A DNA stretch of 64,000 nucleotides. Source: a virus. The position numbers were made by a program, and so were the translations under genes. The DNA lies in the IMG/VR virus record IMGVR_UViG_3300043444_000523, positions 1-64,000 of that record. The stretch is one strand, 5' to 3'. Below the pieces are notes generated by a model, which was not told where the DNA came from, did not search any database, and worked only from the letters and a program-made list of their open reading frames with translations. Shown piece by piece: positions 28,507 to 38,584 of the stretch. How positions within the stretch are numbered: the stretch's first letter is position 1; each line of letters begins with the position of its first letter.

Positions 28507-30801
28507 TCACCAATCCACTATGGGGAATCGTGCCGTATAAGACAAATGGACGTTAGTGTTGCTCAATGCGTAATGGCCGCTTGAAACTGCTCCAGACGTA
28601 GCCTGAATCTGCAAATTGGATGTATCATAAACCCTAGCCGAGCATAATGCGATAGTTCCTGTTCCAAGAGAAGCAGTTCCACTTCCAACGGTCGAAGGCA
28701 TATCCGTGTGTGCCGACATTGCGCCAGCAACGACAAGTCCAGTGTCAATCACCGAACTCCCTGGAGTCGGAATCACGAACAAGTAAGTGCCTGTTCCAGC
28801 AGCCCCAGCCGCCGTTTGTTCATAGAAGAAACTCAACAGCATGTCCTGCCCTTGCCGCTTCCATGCGCACAGTTCCTCTCTCGTAGCGCCCTTTGTTGGG
28901 TTTGCAGTAACTGCATTGATTGTTGGGGTATAAGTTGTCCAGTCCTTGTGAACATGAGACACCACTTGCCAACCGCTTAGGCCCATTGATCGAACAACCA
29001 GCTGTTCACTTGCAAGAACGATCAGATAACGCCGATTCCCATTGAGTGAATTAGCACCGAAATCAAGCCTGACATACGCCGAAGTCATTGCTGAATCACC
29101 CTTGAAGTGCAGATACCTTCCGGCATCCTCTGACTTCAAAGTTGAAACAGTAACATCGTACCCACCAGTTGAGAGAGTGATTTCACGTCCAAACTCGTCA
29201 GCGTCAATCGTTGTTGCGCCTGTGACGCTTAATGCTTCACGGCCTCGCCATTGAAGAACGTCATCGTTGTACGGCTCGCAATGGAAGCTATCGACATGGA
29301 AGTCAATTGCCGTAGCGTCAGTCGTTGCAATGTGAACGAACAGCCGGTAGCTTGAACTACTTGACCCTAGCCGAGTGATGAAACAAATGTCACTCCCGGC
29401 AGTGCCAACTGAGTCAACACGAGAGAAGCCGCTAAGCAGTGCAGCCCCGGTCACATCGTAAATGCCAAACCTGAGAACCCCATTTGTCGTGTCTGTGACA
29501 GTGGTGCTTCCTCTGACCATCGCCCTGACAATGACCGCTTTGCTCCTCATCGTGTCAGGAACAGTGAAATCGTAGCTGATGCCTTCGCCCTGTCTATTGG
29601 CCGCGCTCTTGGTGATCTTGAGAGACTGAGCACCTTCCATGTACGTCGTGGCATCAACGGCAATCGTGATGTTTGTAGCGCCGCCGGTCGCGTCTACTGG
29701 AGTAGTTCCAGCCGCATCGGCATAAGTTGACCATCCGGTTGTTCCGTCCTCAAAGTCCGCGTTGGCAATGTAATTGATCGGCATCCGTGACCGATTCGCC
29801 GCACTCAGAGTCGCCGCCCCAGAAGTGAATGTTCCATCGGCATTCTGAATCAGCGTGTTACCGGCACTTCCAGACGCCGAAATGATCTGCTCAGGAACTA
29901 CGGCCCCTGTCCACGGATAACGCCATCCACCGGGAGGAGCCTGTGACCATCTTGGGTCAGGGAACAGCCCTGGCCCTGGCATCGGAAACGGCATCGGCCC
30001 AGGCTTGGGAAGAATGCCAATGATCGGCGATATAATCGGCCAAATAGGCGAAGGGAGCGGATTAGGCGGGATTCCACCAGGAGGAATTGGCCCAGGCATC
30101 GGCGGAACAGGAGGCCACGGCGGGATTCCGCCTCCACCAGGGGGAATTGGCGACGGCATTGGCGGGACCGTTCCTCCGCCGCCTGGGGGCATTGGAGGCA
30201 TCGGATAGCAATCAGGAAGATTCATCCCAGGGCACATCGGGAGAATCAACGGATATTCCGTATAAAATGGGTAATCTCTTAATTCAACCCATACGCCATT
30301 CCCCTTGTAACGAATAAATGGTCCAGTCGTCTGTGATTGCCCACACAGAACATACGCTCTTTGGATGTCTCCAACTGAAAAACAAGTAGCAGCAGTTGCA
30401 ATCACATAGCAGCATTTTGATGGAGGAGGAGGTTCTGGATCAGTTCCCCACGGCGTACAAGTTGCACAAGCCGATCCGATGATGTCATAAACGTAATCGG
30501 TGTATACGTTAGTCTGGCCTCTGATCCGAAGCCAGACCAAATCTCCAACATTGAAGCATCCGCAGTTCAAGTCAACAACAAAAGCCGGAGCACCTTCAGG
30601 AGCTACGCCAGATGCGCCCTCTCGGCCCATCGGATGATCGTCATAGACCAATCCACTTGGGTTAAGCTGAAGCTCTTTCCACCCATAAGGTGTAAGCACA
30701 TTCCCATCGCTGTCGGCGACATTTGCGCCGACAGACGTTATCTCAGCCAAGAATATGTCGCCAGCTGGCTGAAGGTTCGGGTCATACCAATCATGTGCCA
30801 A
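28507..30801 (-). CDS. Tail/receptor-binding protein with a Pro-rich linker and carbohydrate-binding-like domain
   Basis: Long P/G-rich segment; NYI.NADFE.GTTGW motif; WTTYTPT fibre-tip-like C-terminus. Confidence 0.65.
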   Translation of the reverse strand: MAHDWYDPNLQPAGDIFLAEITSVGANVADSDGNVLTPYGWKELQLNPSGLVYDDHPMGREGASGVAPEGAPAFVVDLNCGCFNVGDLVWLRIRGQTNVYTDYVYDIIGSACATCTPWGTDPEPPPPSKCCYVIATAATCFSVGDIQRAYVLCGQSQTTGPFIRYKGNGVWVELRDYPFYTEYPLILPMCPGMNLPDCYPMPPMPPGGGGTVPPMPSPIPPGGGGIPPWPPVPPMPGPIPPGGIPPNPLPSPIWPIISPIIGILPKPGPMPFPMPGPGLFPDPRWSQAPPGGWRYPWTGAVVPEQIISASGSAGNTLIQNADGTFTSGAATLSAANRSRMPINYIANADFEDGTTGWSTYADAAGTTPVDATGGATNITIAVDATTYMEGAQSLKITKSAANRQGEGISYDFTVPDTMRSKAVIVRAMVRGSTTVTDTTNGVLRFGIYDVTGAALLSGFSRVDSVGTAGSDICFITRLGSSSSSYRLFVHIATTDATAIDFHVDSFHCEPYNDDVLQWRGREALSVTGATTIDADEFGREITLSTGGYDVTVSTLKSEDAGRYLHFKGDSAMTSAYVRLDFGANSLNGNRRYLIVLASEQLVVRSMGLSGWQVVSHVHKDWTTYTPTINAVTANPTKGATREELCAWKRQGQDMLLSFFYEQTAAGAAGTGTYLFVIPTPGSSVIDTGLVVAGAMSAHTDMPSTVGSGTASLGTGTIALCSARVYDTSNLQIQATSGAVSSGHYALSNTNVHLSYTARFPIVDW

Positions 30802-30815
30802 GGTCTATCCCCAGA

Positions 30816-30838
30816 AATAGGCGCGACTCGCGCCTATT
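30816..30838. promoter_or_regulatory. 23-bp palindromic site, copy 6
   Basis: Perfect palindrome extending to GAAA/TTTC flanks. Confidence 0.8.
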
Positions 30839-31142
30839 TCAGTTCAGGCCATTTGTTCAAGCCACAATCCAAGCCAATCCATCTCGACTTGCCCGCTTTC
30901 CCGAATACCGGGTCTCTATGCGGAATGATGTCAAGCCAGCATCCACACTCCGCGCATCGCTGGTCTTCGTCTCTGTACATCTCGCACTTCGAAGTCTCGC
31001 CATCACCACGGCATATTCTGAGCCGAATCTGAACCCTGTCTTCGTCAAGCGGGCCTTTCTTTCGGATTGCTGCGGCAGCATAGTTCGCCGCCATCTGCAA
31101 ATCCGAAGGCAAAGGAGTACAACCTGTGCATGGTTCACTCAA
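30834..31142 (-). CDS. Cys-rich hypothetical protein
   Basis: R..IC...C...CAECGC...C.L.KW pattern. Confidence 0.6.
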   Translation of the reverse strand: MSEPCTGCTPLPSDLQMAANYAAAAIRKKGPLDEDRVQIRLRICRGDGETSKCEMYRDEDQRCAECGCWLDIIPHRDPVFGKAGKSRWIGLDCGLNKWPELK

Positions 31143-31552
31143 GCGTACACTTCTCCCTCAGCCGTCAACTCGTAAGTGATTCCAGCGTGTGTGCTGGCAA
31201 TCAGTGTATCGCTCGTAGTTGGAAGCTCAACCTTGCCGCCAATGATATAGCACAGCCCATGCGGAGCCACAGTCGGAGGCGGTCCAACGCCCGGCGCACC
31301 AGACGGCTGCACAATTGCAAATCCGGCAAACTGCGCCCTTGAGCCGTTCTTCTTGAACAACTTGATGATGTCAGCGCCAGTGGCCGTAGTCACCGTCGAG
31401 TTGAACTTGACCATGTAGACCTTCTTCCGGCCACTGGACGTGCCAGTAGCCAGAGTAGCATACGTCCCAGTCGTGCCGTCCCAGTTCGTATTGGCCACAC
31501 TGATCGTTTGCTGATCTGACGTTTCAGATGTTGGGAAACCTGGACCTGCCAT
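31139..31552 (-). CDS. Putative minor tail protein
   Basis: AGGAG RBS; ANTN.DG.TGT motif; position. Confidence 0.6.
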   Translation of the reverse strand: MAGPGFPTSETSDQQTISVANTNWDGTTGTYATLATGTSSGRKKVYMVKFNSTVTTATGADIIKLFKKNGSRAQFAGFAIVQPSGAPGVGPPPTVAPHGLCYIIGGKVELPTTSDTLIASTHAGITYELTAEGEVYA

Positions 31553-31561
31553 GAATATCTC

Positions 31562-32689
31562 CTAAGCGATTACGCCTGGATTCGTGAAAAGAAATTGATA
31601 AGGGAAAGATGGTATGATCGGTCTTCCGCTTGAAGCCGCGTGTCCAGGAACTTGTGTTTTTACATAGTACCAAGACGACGTATGGGCGAACGGAACAAGA
31701 TTGTGTCCGTGCGGAACGTCTTGAGTTCCGGTTGTGACAGCAAGCTCAGCCGCCCCTCTTGTCGGATTCATCTCGGTGAAAAAGAACGTGATGTCAACAA
31801 GTTTCTGATTGGCAAAAACCCCTGCCGATCCAGACCATTCTAAAACATCTGGAACAATCGGCGTGTATCGAACGACGTTGATCCCTTCCAACAGAAGCGT
31901 GCCTTTGCCATAATTCCACCAATCATACTGGTTCACCTTGCCTATTGTCCGATCAATGTATGATTCAATAGTCGGGTCTTGTGTGTTTACATAAAGCTCC
32001 GGGACGTGATACCACGTCATCTTGATTGTTTTCTTTTTGAGGAACATCCTCAACTGGCCATTGCCAGCTGACTTACCATGAGGGACCGCACTGGCCGCAA
32101 CGTCAAATATGAATCTTCCTGCGTTTGCAGTGACGTACTCTCCAGATGGGATAGTCTCTACGTCAACATATCTGAGCCACTCTTGCGCATACGTTACATC
32201 CGATTGAACTGTTCCGTTTTCTCGATAGATGCTAGTAACGCCAGTTGGGATGCTGTCATCTTTAAGAACAGCAAATGGCCTTGGGGTGAATGAACAGCCT
32301 CCGAATCTCCATCCAGGATACATGGCAGACTTAGAGATCAGTGATGCCTCAAAAATACCTGGTCCATCTGTCGTAAATTGTGACGGCCTGCCGACCCCTC
32401 GAATGTCGCTTATCCCTTCACAGTAACACCACCAGAAAAACGGATCGGCCTTTGGTTGTACTCTTTTTAGCCTGTAGCCGTCATTGTGCGTGTGCGTGCT
32501 TCCTGTAAGCTCAATTATTGCGTCTGTAACCTCTATAGGGTCTGTGATAGCCTCATGTCCTGTAGCCGTCTGACCGTCTTGGCCGATGATGTAGTTGCGA
32601 ACAGACTTCAACCCACCTCGAACCGACACGCTTGCCGTGCTTGGGCTGACTCCAGCCGTTGTCTCCATGTATAAGCGAAGATCAGCCAT
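31562..32689 (-). CDS. Putative distal tail/hub protein
   Basis: Directly follows the tape-measure candidate; GAGGA RBS. Confidence 0.55.
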   Translation of the reverse strand: MADLRLYMETTAGVSPSTASVSVRGGLKSVRNYIIGQDGQTATGHEAITDPIEVTDAIIELTGSTHTHNDGYRLKRVQPKADPFFWWCYCEGISDIRGVGRPSQFTTDGPGIFEASLISKSAMYPGWRFGGCSFTPRPFAVLKDDSIPTGVTSIYRENGTVQSDVTYAQEWLRYVDVETIPSGEYVTANAGRFIFDVAASAVPHGKSAGNGQLRMFLKKKTIKMTWYHVPELYVNTQDPTIESYIDRTIGKVNQYDWWNYGKGTLLLEGINVVRYTPIVPDVLEWSGSAGVFANQKLVDITFFFTEMNPTRGAAELAVTTGTQDVPHGHNLVPFAHTSSWYYVKTQVPGHAASSGRPIIPSFPYQFLFTNPGVIA

Positions 32690-32700
32690 TCAAAATCCTC

Positions 32701-33891
32701 TTATCGACGGAAGTGCATAAGACGGTCAAGTTTGTCGAGCCCCATCTCAAATGATTTCCCAACAGCCTTTGCCTTCGTGTATTCTGTCTCAACGTCACCA
32801 GCCAGCCTCCTGGCAGCACTAGCAACATCCTTCACATCATTGAATATGCCAGTGACTTCCTCCTTCTTAGCCTCAAGCCACTTCTGCGCCATCTCGGCAG
32901 ACTCTTTGATCTTCTCAACTGTCGGCATCTTTTCTTTAACCAAAGCTACAAGGTCTTTGATCTCGTTGACCGTCTTGTTTGTTCCGTCATCCCCATTGGC
33001 AATCAGCTTCTCAAGTTCACCCTTGATCTGGCCAAGGAACTCAACTGCCTGCTCTGCCGGGTCTTTCTTTTTGTCGTCTCCGTAAGCACTGGCCCGAAAC
33101 GCCTCAAGCTGAACGCTCTTGGCCAAATCCCCGATAGCTTTGAACGCAGGATTCATCAACACCGCTGTTCCGCCAGACTCTTCTTTTTCAGATTTCCCGG
33201 TTTTGCCGAGTCCCTTGATCAGCCCCTCGATCCCTTTGGTCCATCCGAATGACGCCATCAGGCGAGCAGAAAACAGTATCATGTCTTTGATCAGGTTCCT
33301 TACCGTCTCACGAAGTTCCTTCATCACGTCCTTAACCGACTTGCCCTCTCCAATAAGCCCGCTCATCGTCCCTTTGACCATCTCTGCAAGGCCGCGTGAG
33401 AACGCCGTGAAAGAAGACCAAACATCTTTCATGATGTCGATGACGCCAACCATCACATCCTTGATCATTCTCAATGTCGGCATCATGCCATTGATCATGA
33501 TCGACATATCATCGAACGACTGAATCAACACATCGCCAATTGCCTGTGACAGCTCCTGGATCATCGGCTCAAGTTTACGCATGATCGGCAGCAACTTGTC
33601 CGACAAATCCTTTGTGACCTCTCTGGCCACATCGACCATTGGCCGCATTGCAACGCCAATCACGGCGTTCAGGTCTCTGAACTTCCTCCCAAGATCATCG
33701 ACAAGAGCCGGATCGATTGCTTTGACAAAGTGAGATGCAATGTCTGTGAGCTGCTCAAACGGAACAATCATCATCTTCATCTGACCGACGAATGTTCTCG
33801 TCATGTCAACGAACGGCTGTACGATGCTCGACATACCCGGAGTAGCAAACCCCGCAGCCATCGCGCCAGACATCTCTCCAAACGAAGCCAT
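32701..33891 (-). CDS. Putative short tape measure protein (396 aa)
   Basis: Amphipathic all-helical sequence downstream of the frameshifted chaperones. Confidence 0.6.
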   Translation of the reverse strand: MASFGEMSGAMAAGFATPGMSSIVQPFVDMTRTFVGQMKMMIVPFEQLTDIASHFVKAIDPALVDDLGRKFRDLNAVIGVAMRPMVDVAREVTKDLSDKLLPIMRKLEPMIQELSQAIGDVLIQSFDDMSIMINGMMPTLRMIKDVMVGVIDIMKDVWSSFTAFSRGLAEMVKGTMSGLIGEGKSVKDVMKELRETVRNLIKDMILFSARLMASFGWTKGIEGLIKGLGKTGKSEKEESGGTAVLMNPAFKAIGDLAKSVQLEAFRASAYGDDKKKDPAEQAVEFLGQIKGELEKLIANGDDGTNKTVNEIKDLVALVKEKMPTVEKIKESAEMAQKWLEAKKEEVTGIFNDVKDVASAARRLAGDVETEYTKAKAVGKSFEMGLDKLDRLMHFRR

Positions 33892-34214
33892 TAAACACCT
33901 AATTCAAGTCGCTTGAGAACAGCAATCACATAGTCCCGGCTCACTCCCTTGGGGAGCAACACAGACGGCCCCTTCGGCTTGCCGTCTACAACCGGGTGAA
34001 TGATCCTGATCCGCATTTGCAGAAGCCTCCCGATGTTGTCACGGGAGTTATCAGGGACGAACTTCAGTCCCTTCGGGAACTCGATTCGTTCGCCGTCCGT
34101 CATGATCGCAAATGCCGGATCGCCGCTGCTGTCCACTTCGCTCAGGACTGCTTCGGCAACTGCTTGTTCATCTGAGAAAGACATGCTTCTCTCACTTTCT
34201 TCATTTTGAAACAC
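33891..34214 (-). CDS. Hypothetical protein
   Basis: Stop/start overlap with the tape-measure gene; start uncertain. Confidence 0.45.
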   Translation of the reverse strand: MFQNEESERSMSFSDEQAVAEAVLSEVDSSGDPAFAIMTDGERIEFPKGLKFVPDNSRDNIGRLLQMRIRIIHPVVDGKPKGPSVLLPKGVSRDYVIAVLKRLELGV

Positions 34215-34903
34215 TTCACCAAATGATCGTAAGCATCCGCAAGATTCGGCGTATCATTGCTGACGCCGTAGTTTGCCAACTCTCCAGACTCTGCCATTGC
34301 AGAGAAAGCCGACAATCCATCACGATCCGGCATCTGGAGCACATTGACAAGTTTGTCGTAAATCCGGCAATTCTCTTTCCACGACGTATCGAAGAAGTTC
34401 CTTATGGCCTCTTCATTGGCTTTCTTGTCATTGCTCATGACGCAACCATAATTCTGCAACTGGCCGTGCATGGCCAACGTGGCAATCATGACGTATTGCC
34501 GATCTTTGGTGACATCACGCGGCACACTGAACGGGTCTTTATCGTTCTCGCCGGGATAAACATCAAAGCACTTGTGCTGGTCCAATCCAAGACCGCCGAT
34601 CATCTGAAGACCGCTCTTCGCCATGTCATCCTCTTCTTTCTGTTCTTCGTTCTTCTCGTTTTGCTTGTCTGGTTCCAACGGCGGAATCACCAGAGCACTT
34701 GCCATCTCTTTGTTCTTCTCAAGAACGCCGCTAATCGACTCGCTCATGCTGTTCAGCATCTGCCAAAGCTCAAACGTCCTTCGTGGAGTCTGATTCGCTA
34801 TCTCTTCGTCTGAGCAACTCAGTGGCCACGACTTCAGCTGGCAGAACGCCCTGTTCCAGTCCATCTTGAGGTCTTCCCTGTCCTCAAGTTTTGGGACACT
34901 CAC
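34142..34903 (-). CDS. Tail assembly chaperone, gpT-like part expressed by -1 frameshift
   Basis: Lies in the -1 frame of the upstream gene and is open back to the slippery site. Confidence 0.7.
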   Translation of the reverse strand: MSVPKLEDREDLKMDWNRAFCQLKSWPLSCSDEEIANQTPRRTFELWQMLNSMSESISGVLEKNKEMASALVIPPLEPDKQNEKNEEQKEEDDMAKSGLQMIGGLGLDQHKCFDVYPGENDKDPFSVPRDVTKDRQYVMIATLAMHGQLQNYGCVMSNDKKANEEAIRNFFDTSWKENCRIYDKLVNVLQMPDRDGLSAFSAMAESGELANYGVSNDTPNLADAYDHLVKCFKMKKVREACLSQMNKQLPKQS

Positions 34904-34920
34904 TGGCCCTGAATGTCCCC

Positions 34921-35406
34921 CTACTCTTTTGGGGGCGACGGCAATCCATTCTTCATGGTCAAAGAAATCTTGGCCCTCAGTTCCTCCGGCTTAGCCGCCA
35001 TCAACTCAATCGACTCGTCAAACGAAAGGCCAGTGAACAGAGAGACCAGAACAACGCTTCCCTCGAATATCACGCCAGACTCTTTCGGTGCGGCCTCGCC
35101 CCTGTCCGCCATGCCCATGATCTTCATCATGATTGGGCTTCCGAATGAATATGTCCCATTCTCAACACAATCATCGGAGAAAGAATTTTCCAAGGCATCG
35201 ACTTGCTCCTGCGTCATCAGCCCCATTTCTTTTTTCTTCTTCCACAGAACCAGTTTCACACCAAACGCGCGGTCGATCAGATACGACTCAACAGCGGAAA
35301 TGATTGACTTCCACTTCAATGGCATGATCTGGACAGTGCGCCCTTTGAACTCAATCTCCAAAGGCGATGCTTGCCCACCAAGACCGGCTGAAACGCTCGC
35401 AGACAT
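34921..35406 (-). CDS. Tail assembly chaperone (gpG-like)
   Basis: Follows the tail tube gene; ends CCC CCA AAA GAG TAG. Confidence 0.7.
   Translation of the reverse strand: MSASVSAGLGGQASPLEIEFKGRTVQIMPLKWKSIISAVESYLIDRAFGVKLVLWKKKKEMGLMTQEQVDALENSFSDDCVENGTYSFGSPIMMKIMGMADRGEAAPKESGVIFEGSVVLVSLFTGLSFDESIELMAAKPEELRAKISLTMKNGLPSPPKE
34927..34933 (-). other. -1 programmed ribosomal frameshift heptamer C CCA AAA
   Basis: In-frame X XXY YYZ; the -1 frame reads RVGGHSGPVSVPK into the next ORF. Confidence 0.75.
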
Positions 35407-35414
35407 AAGGCCCC

Positions 35415-35864
35415 TTAGAAGGTAACTGAGAATGATCCGTTGGATTCAATCGACACAGAAGCACGAGCCACGGCATTGCTTGTAGCAGTGCTAAGCCGAA
35501 TATCGGCAACACGGAATGTGATCGTGAAACTTGAACCGCCGCCGCCAAGAGCAAATACCATCGAAATGCTCTGCCCTTGAGTTAATCCAAGAGAACTGTT
35601 GTAAGGCCCTTCGACAGTGCCCTTACACGCGAAAATGCCAGCCTCATTCGACTGATAACCGCTAGATGTAAAATTCGTTGTCGGAATGATTTCTGCTGGG
35701 AATGACAAGTCAACCTTGTCCATCGGCTGAGAAGTTGCGCTCCAAGTCCAGCTACTCGCCTTTCCCGGATAAAAGGTGCCAAGCAGAAGAAGAAACGGCA
35801 GCAGCAAGATTAGATAATCAAGCCACTTATCAGCGTCTTTCAAAAACTGAAATAATTCAAACAT
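35415..35864 (-). CDS. Putative major tail tube protein with a hydrophobic N-terminal extension
   Basis: FYPGK...TTNF.S.GY...AG...GTVEG...SIESNG pattern; sits before the chaperones. Confidence 0.6.
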   Translation of the reverse strand: MFELFQFLKDADKWLDYLILLLPFLLLLGTFYPGKASSWTWSATSQPMDKVDLSFPAEIIPTTNFTSSGYQSNEAGIFACKGTVEGPYNSSLGLTQGQSISMVFALGGGGSSFTITFRVADIRLSTATSNAVARASVSIESNGSFSVTF

Positions 35865-35875
35865 TTCTTCTCCTA

Positions 35876-36367
35876 TCACGCAGTCTTGAGAACAACCGCA
35901 AGTGTGTACGTCAATGTCCCAGACCCGGCTGTGTTTGTCAGTCTGATATTTCTTGTAGTGTTGTCAACGGTGGTCGCCGTCGTTGCTCCGAACGCAAACA
36001 AGCCGCCAGAGGCTCCATTGACCTGCGGGCCTGTGCCAGCAAGAAACCAACTCAACGGATTCGCCGCACCAGGGTCATATCTCCATGTCGTGCCAGAGGT
36101 CTTTACAAATATCATGTAAGCGCCGGTTGGCGTCAACGCCGTTCCGAATGCCGTCTCTGTCAGCGACCGAATATCGATTGTCACTGCGGCAGCTGCTGAT
36201 AAAGTCCCCTGAACGAAGTAAACTTCACTGGCATCGCTGGCCCCGATTGTCGGGACTATTTCGCCAACTAAAGCACTTGAATGCGTCGATGAATCAAAGC
36301 CGGTGATGGTATGGAGCTGTGTCCACGCCATACTTACATCAAGCCGCGCTGTGACCAGATTCGCCAC
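35876..36367 (-). CDS. Putative virion structural protein
   Basis: GAGG RBS; Thr/Ala-rich beta protein. Confidence 0.6.
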   Translation of the reverse strand: MANLVTARLDVSMAWTQLHTITGFDSSTHSSALVGEIVPTIGASDASEVYFVQGTLSAAAAVTIDIRSLTETAFGTALTPTGAYMIFVKTSGTTWRYDPGAANPLSWFLAGTGPQVNGASGGLFAFGATTATTVDNTTRNIRLTNTAGSGTLTYTLAVVLKTA

Positions 36368-36822
36368 TACTTACCGCCTCTCACAGCCGCAAGGATTTTC
36401 TGCTTGTGTGCTTCTTCAGCAGCAATCTCTTTGTTGAATCTCTGTGTGTCCTTGGGGCAATCGACGTAGGACACCTGATCGCCCTCTCCTCTGGCCCGCT
36501 TGATGATCGACTTCACGCATGAAGGAATCGAGTCCAGGAAGGATTTACAAGATGCTTCACGCTCCTTGAGGCTGCTCGACTTCCAGCAGTCTTCGCACAT
36601 CACCGCCTGACTCTTCTCGCCGTCAATCATCAAGACGTTATCAGTCGGCTTTCGATGGATGTTCTCAACAACCAGCTTCCCAACTTCGTAGGAGATGTAA
36701 TGGAACGGCTTCCATATCATGCTGTCCTTGCACTTCGGGCATTCCATCATTCCAAGCGACTTCCCCTTGGCGTTCTCTGCCGCTATCTCTTCAGGGGAAT
36801 ACTCGATTGTCACCTTTGGCAT
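36367..36822 (-). CDS. Zinc-ribbon hypothetical protein
   Basis: CPKC...CEDC; GAGGA RBS. Confidence 0.55.
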   Translation of the reverse strand: MPKVTIEYSPEEIAAENAKGKSLGMMECPKCKDSMIWKPFHYISYEVGKLVVENIHRKPTDNVLMIDGEKSQAVMCEDCWKSSSLKEREASCKSFLDSIPSCVKSIIKRARGEGDQVSYVDCPKDTQRFNKEIAAEEAHKQKILAAVRGGK

Positions 36823-36829
36823 CGCATCC

Positions 36830-37384
36830 TCACGGTCGAGTATCGTCAGCAGACAAATCCCAGTTGAACTCAAGTTCCAATGTCAGCCTGAACGGACGCC
36901 ATGTGCTTGTTCCAGGCCCCGGAGGCTCAAACGAAACCCACAGCATCGGCCTCTTCAGGATCGCATCACCATCGGCATTGAGAAGGTCTTCTTCCCAAAA
37001 CGCCGCAAACAACCGGCCAAGAAGCCTATTCCCCCTCGGTGGAGGAGAAGCGGCCTCATCTACTGCCGCCTCTGCTCTCCAAAACAAATCGAGATCGTTC
37101 CTCATCCACAGCGTAATCCGCACCTGCCCCTGAACAATGAACTCGCTGATGTTCCCGCCGCCTATGAACACATCGCCATGCGCCCAAACAAGACTCGGAT
37201 ACCTGACCGTGATAAACCTGTCCGAGAACGGCATGTTCCCAGGCAACGCCTCATCATCCAAAGTCATGTACACCTGCGATGAATCGACTATGTTCGCATC
37301 AATCACCTTCTGGGCCATCCGCTTATGGACCGTATCAAGCGATGTCCCAGAAAGCCGAGTCACATCCGGGTCGAAGGCCATCAA
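36830..37384 (-). CDS. Putative head-tail joining/tail terminator protein
   Basis: Position after the adaptor gene; ATGA overlap. Confidence 0.5.
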   Translation of the reverse strand: MMAFDPDVTRLSGTSLDTVHKRMAQKVIDANIVDSSQVYMTLDDEALPGNMPFSDRFITVRYPSLVWAHGDVFIGGGNISEFIVQGQVRITLWMRNDLDLFWRAEAAVDEAASPPPRGNRLLGRLFAAFWEEDLLNADGDAILKRPMLWVSFEPPGPGTSTWRPFRLTLELEFNWDLSADDTRP

Positions 37385-37920
37385 TTAGTCCCCGTCAACG
37401 GATTGCTCGTCCAGTTATCCGACCGGCTTCCAAAGAACCGGCTGAATACTTCCGTTGGCCGATTGGAAATCCCGTCTGACCGCTTGCTGACATCCACCGT
37501 AGAAATCTGGCCTGCCTCAGCAGCCTCTTGGATGCCAAACACCAACTCGCCCTTGTTCAATGCGTCCAGCATTTCACGGGCCTCTTTGTAGCCGGACACC
37601 TTCTCAGGCTCAGGGATTCTCCTCTTGGCCAAGTGATAGAACGCCAAATCGCACACAAGCCCCTTCAGTGCAGCCTGACTGGCCCCTGTCAATGCGGCCA
37701 AGTCTGTTGGTGTGTACCTTTCGCCGCGATAGCAAGCCATTTCCACTTCGCCAGATGCCCGAAGCAAAGCCTTCGACACGATGTTGTTGGTCGGCAAGTC
37801 TCCAGGCGTCAACGTCACACCAGCATCGCTCGCATAATGGCAAATCTTGTTCACATCATGTGCGTCAACAAGATCGTCAGAGTCGGCGTATGACGTTGCG
37901 CTAGAAACAATCGTGGCCAT
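37381..37920 (-). CDS. Mu gp36-like (DUF1320) head-tail adaptor
   Basis: SYA..DDL, ALLRASGEV......RY, LVCDLAFYHL..RR, YKEA..ML..L.KG. Confidence 0.8.
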   Translation of the reverse strand: MATIVSSATSYADSDDLVDAHDVNKICHYASDAGVTLTPGDLPTNNIVSKALLRASGEVEMACYRGERYTPTDLAALTGASQAALKGLVCDLAFYHLAKRRIPEPEKVSGYKEAREMLDALNKGELVFGIQEAAEAGQISTVDVSKRSDGISNRPTEVFSRFFGSRSDNWTSNPLTGTN

Positions 37921-37941
37921 TCATTCACCAGTCCTACAACG

Positions 37942-37974
37942 AAAAAACCCGTCGCCGCCAAGGGCGACGACGGG
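37942..37974 (-). terminator. Intrinsic terminator after the capsid genes
   Basis: GC-rich hairpin of about 12 bp followed by T6 on the minus strand. Confidence 0.8.
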
Positions 37975-37996
37975 CGGCGTAACGGAGCACAATCAA

Positions 37997-38563
37997 TCAA
38001 ATGACCCGATGCTCTTTCCACACAATCGTCGATGCGTAGAGAGCCACGCTTGCCTTCGTGCAAGCCAAGTAAACCAAAACTCCAGACGGCACAATCAGAG
38101 AACCATTGAACTCGTGAACAGCCGCAGTCGTTGCGTGCGCGGTTCCTGTGTCTGCTTCAAGGTTGATCGTGAACAGCGTTCGCATCCATTCGGTTGCAAC
38201 ACCAGCAGTGACAGTGTTTGTTCCGGTATTCGAGCAATTGATAGACGACGACTTGCCGAAAAACAACCGGCCATTGACAGGCCTGTTTGTTTCATCAAGA
38301 GCCGTCATAAGCTGGCCGGTAGCAATTGCAGTCAGTCCCCTTCGTGCCATCAAACCAATTGCGCCGAAGTCTGCCGTCCCAGAAGTCCTTGCACAACTCA
38401 CAGAAACCAACTCGATGTCAACGCCAGACTGCGGCGGATTCCAGATCGGCAATGCACCGCCGCCAAGGGCCGTCGCTGTATAGATCGGGATCGCAAGCCC
38501 AAGCGGGGTAGTGCTCAGGCTGAACGTGATCCCGTCTTTTGTGTCCTGATACATCGCTGTCAT
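37997..38563 (-). CDS. Putative capsid-associated protein
   Basis: GGGAG RBS; follows the major capsid gene. Confidence 0.55.
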   Translation of the reverse strand: MTAMYQDTKDGITFSLSTTPLGLAIPIYTATALGGGALPIWNPPQSGVDIELVSVSCARTSGTADFGAIGLMARRGLTAIATGQLMTALDETNRPVNGRLFFGKSSSINCSNTGTNTVTAGVATEWMRTLFTINLEADTGTAHATTAAVHEFNGSLIVPSGVLVYLACTKASVALYASTIVWKEHRVI

Positions 38564-38584
38564 TCTCCCAAGTCATCGATCAGA

